Under the pieces are notes generated by a model that saw only the letters and a list, made by a program, of their open reading frames with translations, searched no databases and was not told the DNA's origin. A DNA stretch of 64,000 nucleotides from Eledone cirrhosa (taxonomy: Eukaryota), in the NCBI GenBank assembly GCA_964016885.1, contig CAXHJY010000336.1, positions 33,076 through 97,075 on the forward strand, read 5' to 3'. Within the stretch, counting starts at the first letter, position 1, and each line of letters begins with the position of its first letter. Shown here one piece after another: positions 61,069-64,000 of the stretch. The translations under genes were made by a program, and so were the position numbers.

Positions 61069-61784
61069 GCGTATATGTGTGTGTGTTGCTTTTCTTCTTT
61101 TCTCCAGTATCATTTCTATTATTTCCCCTGGGAATTATTTCACCCTCTGCTTTGGTTCACTGCTTTAATTGTTCATTTATTTTCCCTCAGGCTTAAAATA
61201 TTTTCTTCGAAAGCAAAATATTTTCATGCACCCCTAAAATACTATTGTAGACCTCTGAAATATTTTCATGGGCCCTTAAAATGCTATTGTGGACAATTTC
61301 CTATTTTTTTTTAAATCTGTATTTGGAGCTCCAAAATTCTTCTATAGACTACCAGGGTCCATATGGAAGCCTAATGATACCAACTGTTGTACATGATGCT
61401 TAATCTGCTAGATATAACAGCTAGGTCCCTAAAAATCGCATACAACTATCTTAAAAGAAGAACAAGAAAGAATATAATGTAAAACATTAGAAAATCGCGG
61501 GATGGTCACGGCTAGAATGTTTTTTCTTCATAGGTCTATTCAATGAGGTTTAGGTAGATTAACAACTAAGTCACGTGCCTTTGCATACAGACGTGCGTAC
61601 CGTGCACACATGCATACCATGCATATACATATATGCAACATATGACATTTTTTTTCATATCAAATAGTTTAAAAATTAAAAGTTGAGAAGTAAAACATGG
61701 AAGCAACATATACACTAATAGTAGTACTTATACTTATATATGAGTTATATATAATTATAAATGTGAAAGTGTAGTATGCTGCAC

Positions 61785-62064
61785 TACCCGATAACTAGTA
61801 AGAGAAATAGCTCAATGTAAATTATCAGATGTATTACAGAGCAGAAAAACGAAATATAAAACATTAAAATTTTTGCTTAATACATTTAATTGCTGACGAT
61901 CGTTTCTTCCATAATATTGTGTCTTAATTTATATTCTAAAGACTAGGATATGTAATTACTTGTTTAACGATTGTGTACACTCCGATGGTTTCGGAAAGTT
62001 GACTGCAAGAAACGGTCGTCAGCAATTAAATGTATTAAGCAAAAGTTTGATTTTTTTTATATTT

Positions 62065-62065
<1 letters not shown>
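61785..62065. mobile_element. Old fold-back element with HHR 3' halves
   Basis: ttttgcttaatacatttaattgctgacgatcgtttctt (~61871-61908) is inverted to aagaaacggtcgtcagcaattaaatgtattaagcaaaa (~62007-62044). Confidence 0.65.
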
Positions 62066-62115
<50 letters not shown>

Positions 62116-62357
62116 CTTCACAACAACAACAATAATGATAATAATAATAATAATAAACAGCAGAAAAGTCATGACAATAATATGCAAATAAGGAGAAAAA
62201 ATCGGCCGCTTAAGCTGCGAATAAAAAAAGACAAAATAACAGCATATTTGTGAGTTTTTTTCATATATATATTTTTTTTTGTTTTGCATCTATTTTAACC
62301 TAATACTTTTTTTTTATTCCGTGTATACATGTTTTTTTGTTCATATTATTATTTATC

Positions 62358-62397
<40 letters not shown>

Positions 62398-62556
62398 ATG
62401 TTATTTGTTTGTTTTTCTTAAATACACAAAAATGCATATGAAATATACATACACACACACACACATATATATATATACGTATATACATACATATAGGCAT
62501 ATATATATATATGCATACATACATGCATATATATGCATATATATACATACATATAT

Positions 62557-62602
<46 letters not shown>

Positions 62603-62911
62603 AACGAACGAAAAAGCAATGATAACAGTTCTTTTTTTTTTTTTGCTTCGACTTATTCTGCTTCGTATATATATATATTTTTCTCGATTTTTTTTGGTAA
62701 AACAGTAACATATTGGTGCCATGCCAAAGCTTAGAAGAGAACCATGTCTGGATAGCGCCCCTTCCGACAGTAAAGGAACTATCACAGATACATTTATTAT
62801 TATAAACTTTCGTGTATTTCCGGCTTTTAGATATATATATTGTTTTTTCCATGATTTTCGTTTCATCCATTCTGTTGTAGCATTATGTAATAGTAATAAT
62901 TCCTTGGTTTT

Positions 62912-62973
<62 letters not shown>

Positions 62974-63075
62974 TGTTGTAGTTGTTGTAGTAATATCCTT
63001 GATTGAGATATATATATAGATATATAGATATATATATATATATATATATATCATATGTATATATATATATATATC

Positions 63076-63123
<48 letters not shown>

Positions 63124-63154
63124 GTATATATATATATATGTATATATATATATG

Positions 63155-63201
<47 letters not shown>

Positions 63202-63217
63202 GTTATATATATATATG

Positions 63218-63262
<45 letters not shown>

Positions 63263-63305
63263 GTATATATATATATATGTATATATATGTATATGTATAT
63301 ATATG

Positions 63306-63336
<31 letters not shown>

Positions 63337-63413
63337 GTATATATATATATATATGTATATATATATGTATATATATATATGTATATATATATATATGTAT
63401 GTATATATATATG

Positions 63414-63460
<47 letters not shown>

Positions 63461-63516
63461 GTATATATATGTATATATATATATATAGTATATATGTATA
63501 TATATATATATATGTA

Positions 63517-63547
<31 letters not shown>

Positions 63548-63851
63548 TATATGTATATATATATGTATGTATATATGTATATATATATGTATGTATATAT
63601 ATATGTATATATATATATATATGTATATATTATGTATATATGTATGTATATATATGTATATATATATGTATGTATATTATGTATATATATATAATATGTA
63701 TATATATATATATTATATATTATGTATATATATATTATAGTATATATGTATATATATGTATATATATATATGTATATATATATATGATATATATTATGTA
63801 TATATATATGTATATATATAGTATATATATATATATGTATATATATATGTA

Positions 63852-63896
<45 letters not shown>

Positions 63897-64000
63897 GTAT
63901 ATATGTATATATATATATATTATATATATATGTAATGTATATATATATGTATATATATATATATATTATATATATGTATATATATATATATTATATGTAT

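Overview
Eukaryotic, extremely microsatellite-rich non-coding DNA, with (TA)n, (CA)n, (GA)n, (GATA)n and triplet arrays. The SINE families and repeat landscape suggest an octopod cephalopod (inference). No host protein-coding gene is supported, and nearly all listed ORFs are microsatellite artefacts. The unique-looking islands between (TA)n tracts are mostly short mobile elements: two tRNA-derived SINE families and 3' remnants of CR1-, RTE- and Tx1-like LINEs. There are also at least 10 unrelated families of 100-500 bp (TA)n-embedded elements. These carry type I hammerhead ribozyme (HHR) motifs with a short, usually palindromic stem III; about 13 complete or near-complete motifs were read by eye. 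Many of these elements are head-to-head fold-back (hairpin) insertions whose turn-around point lies in or at the edge of the ribozyme, and many share a YATYGAGTRC-like motif about 45-60 nt before the 3' (TA)n. This fits Penelope-like element (PLE) pseudo-LTR or retrozyme-like biology, but no RT or GIY-YIG ORF is present. All structures were derived manually and need computational and biochemical confirmation.
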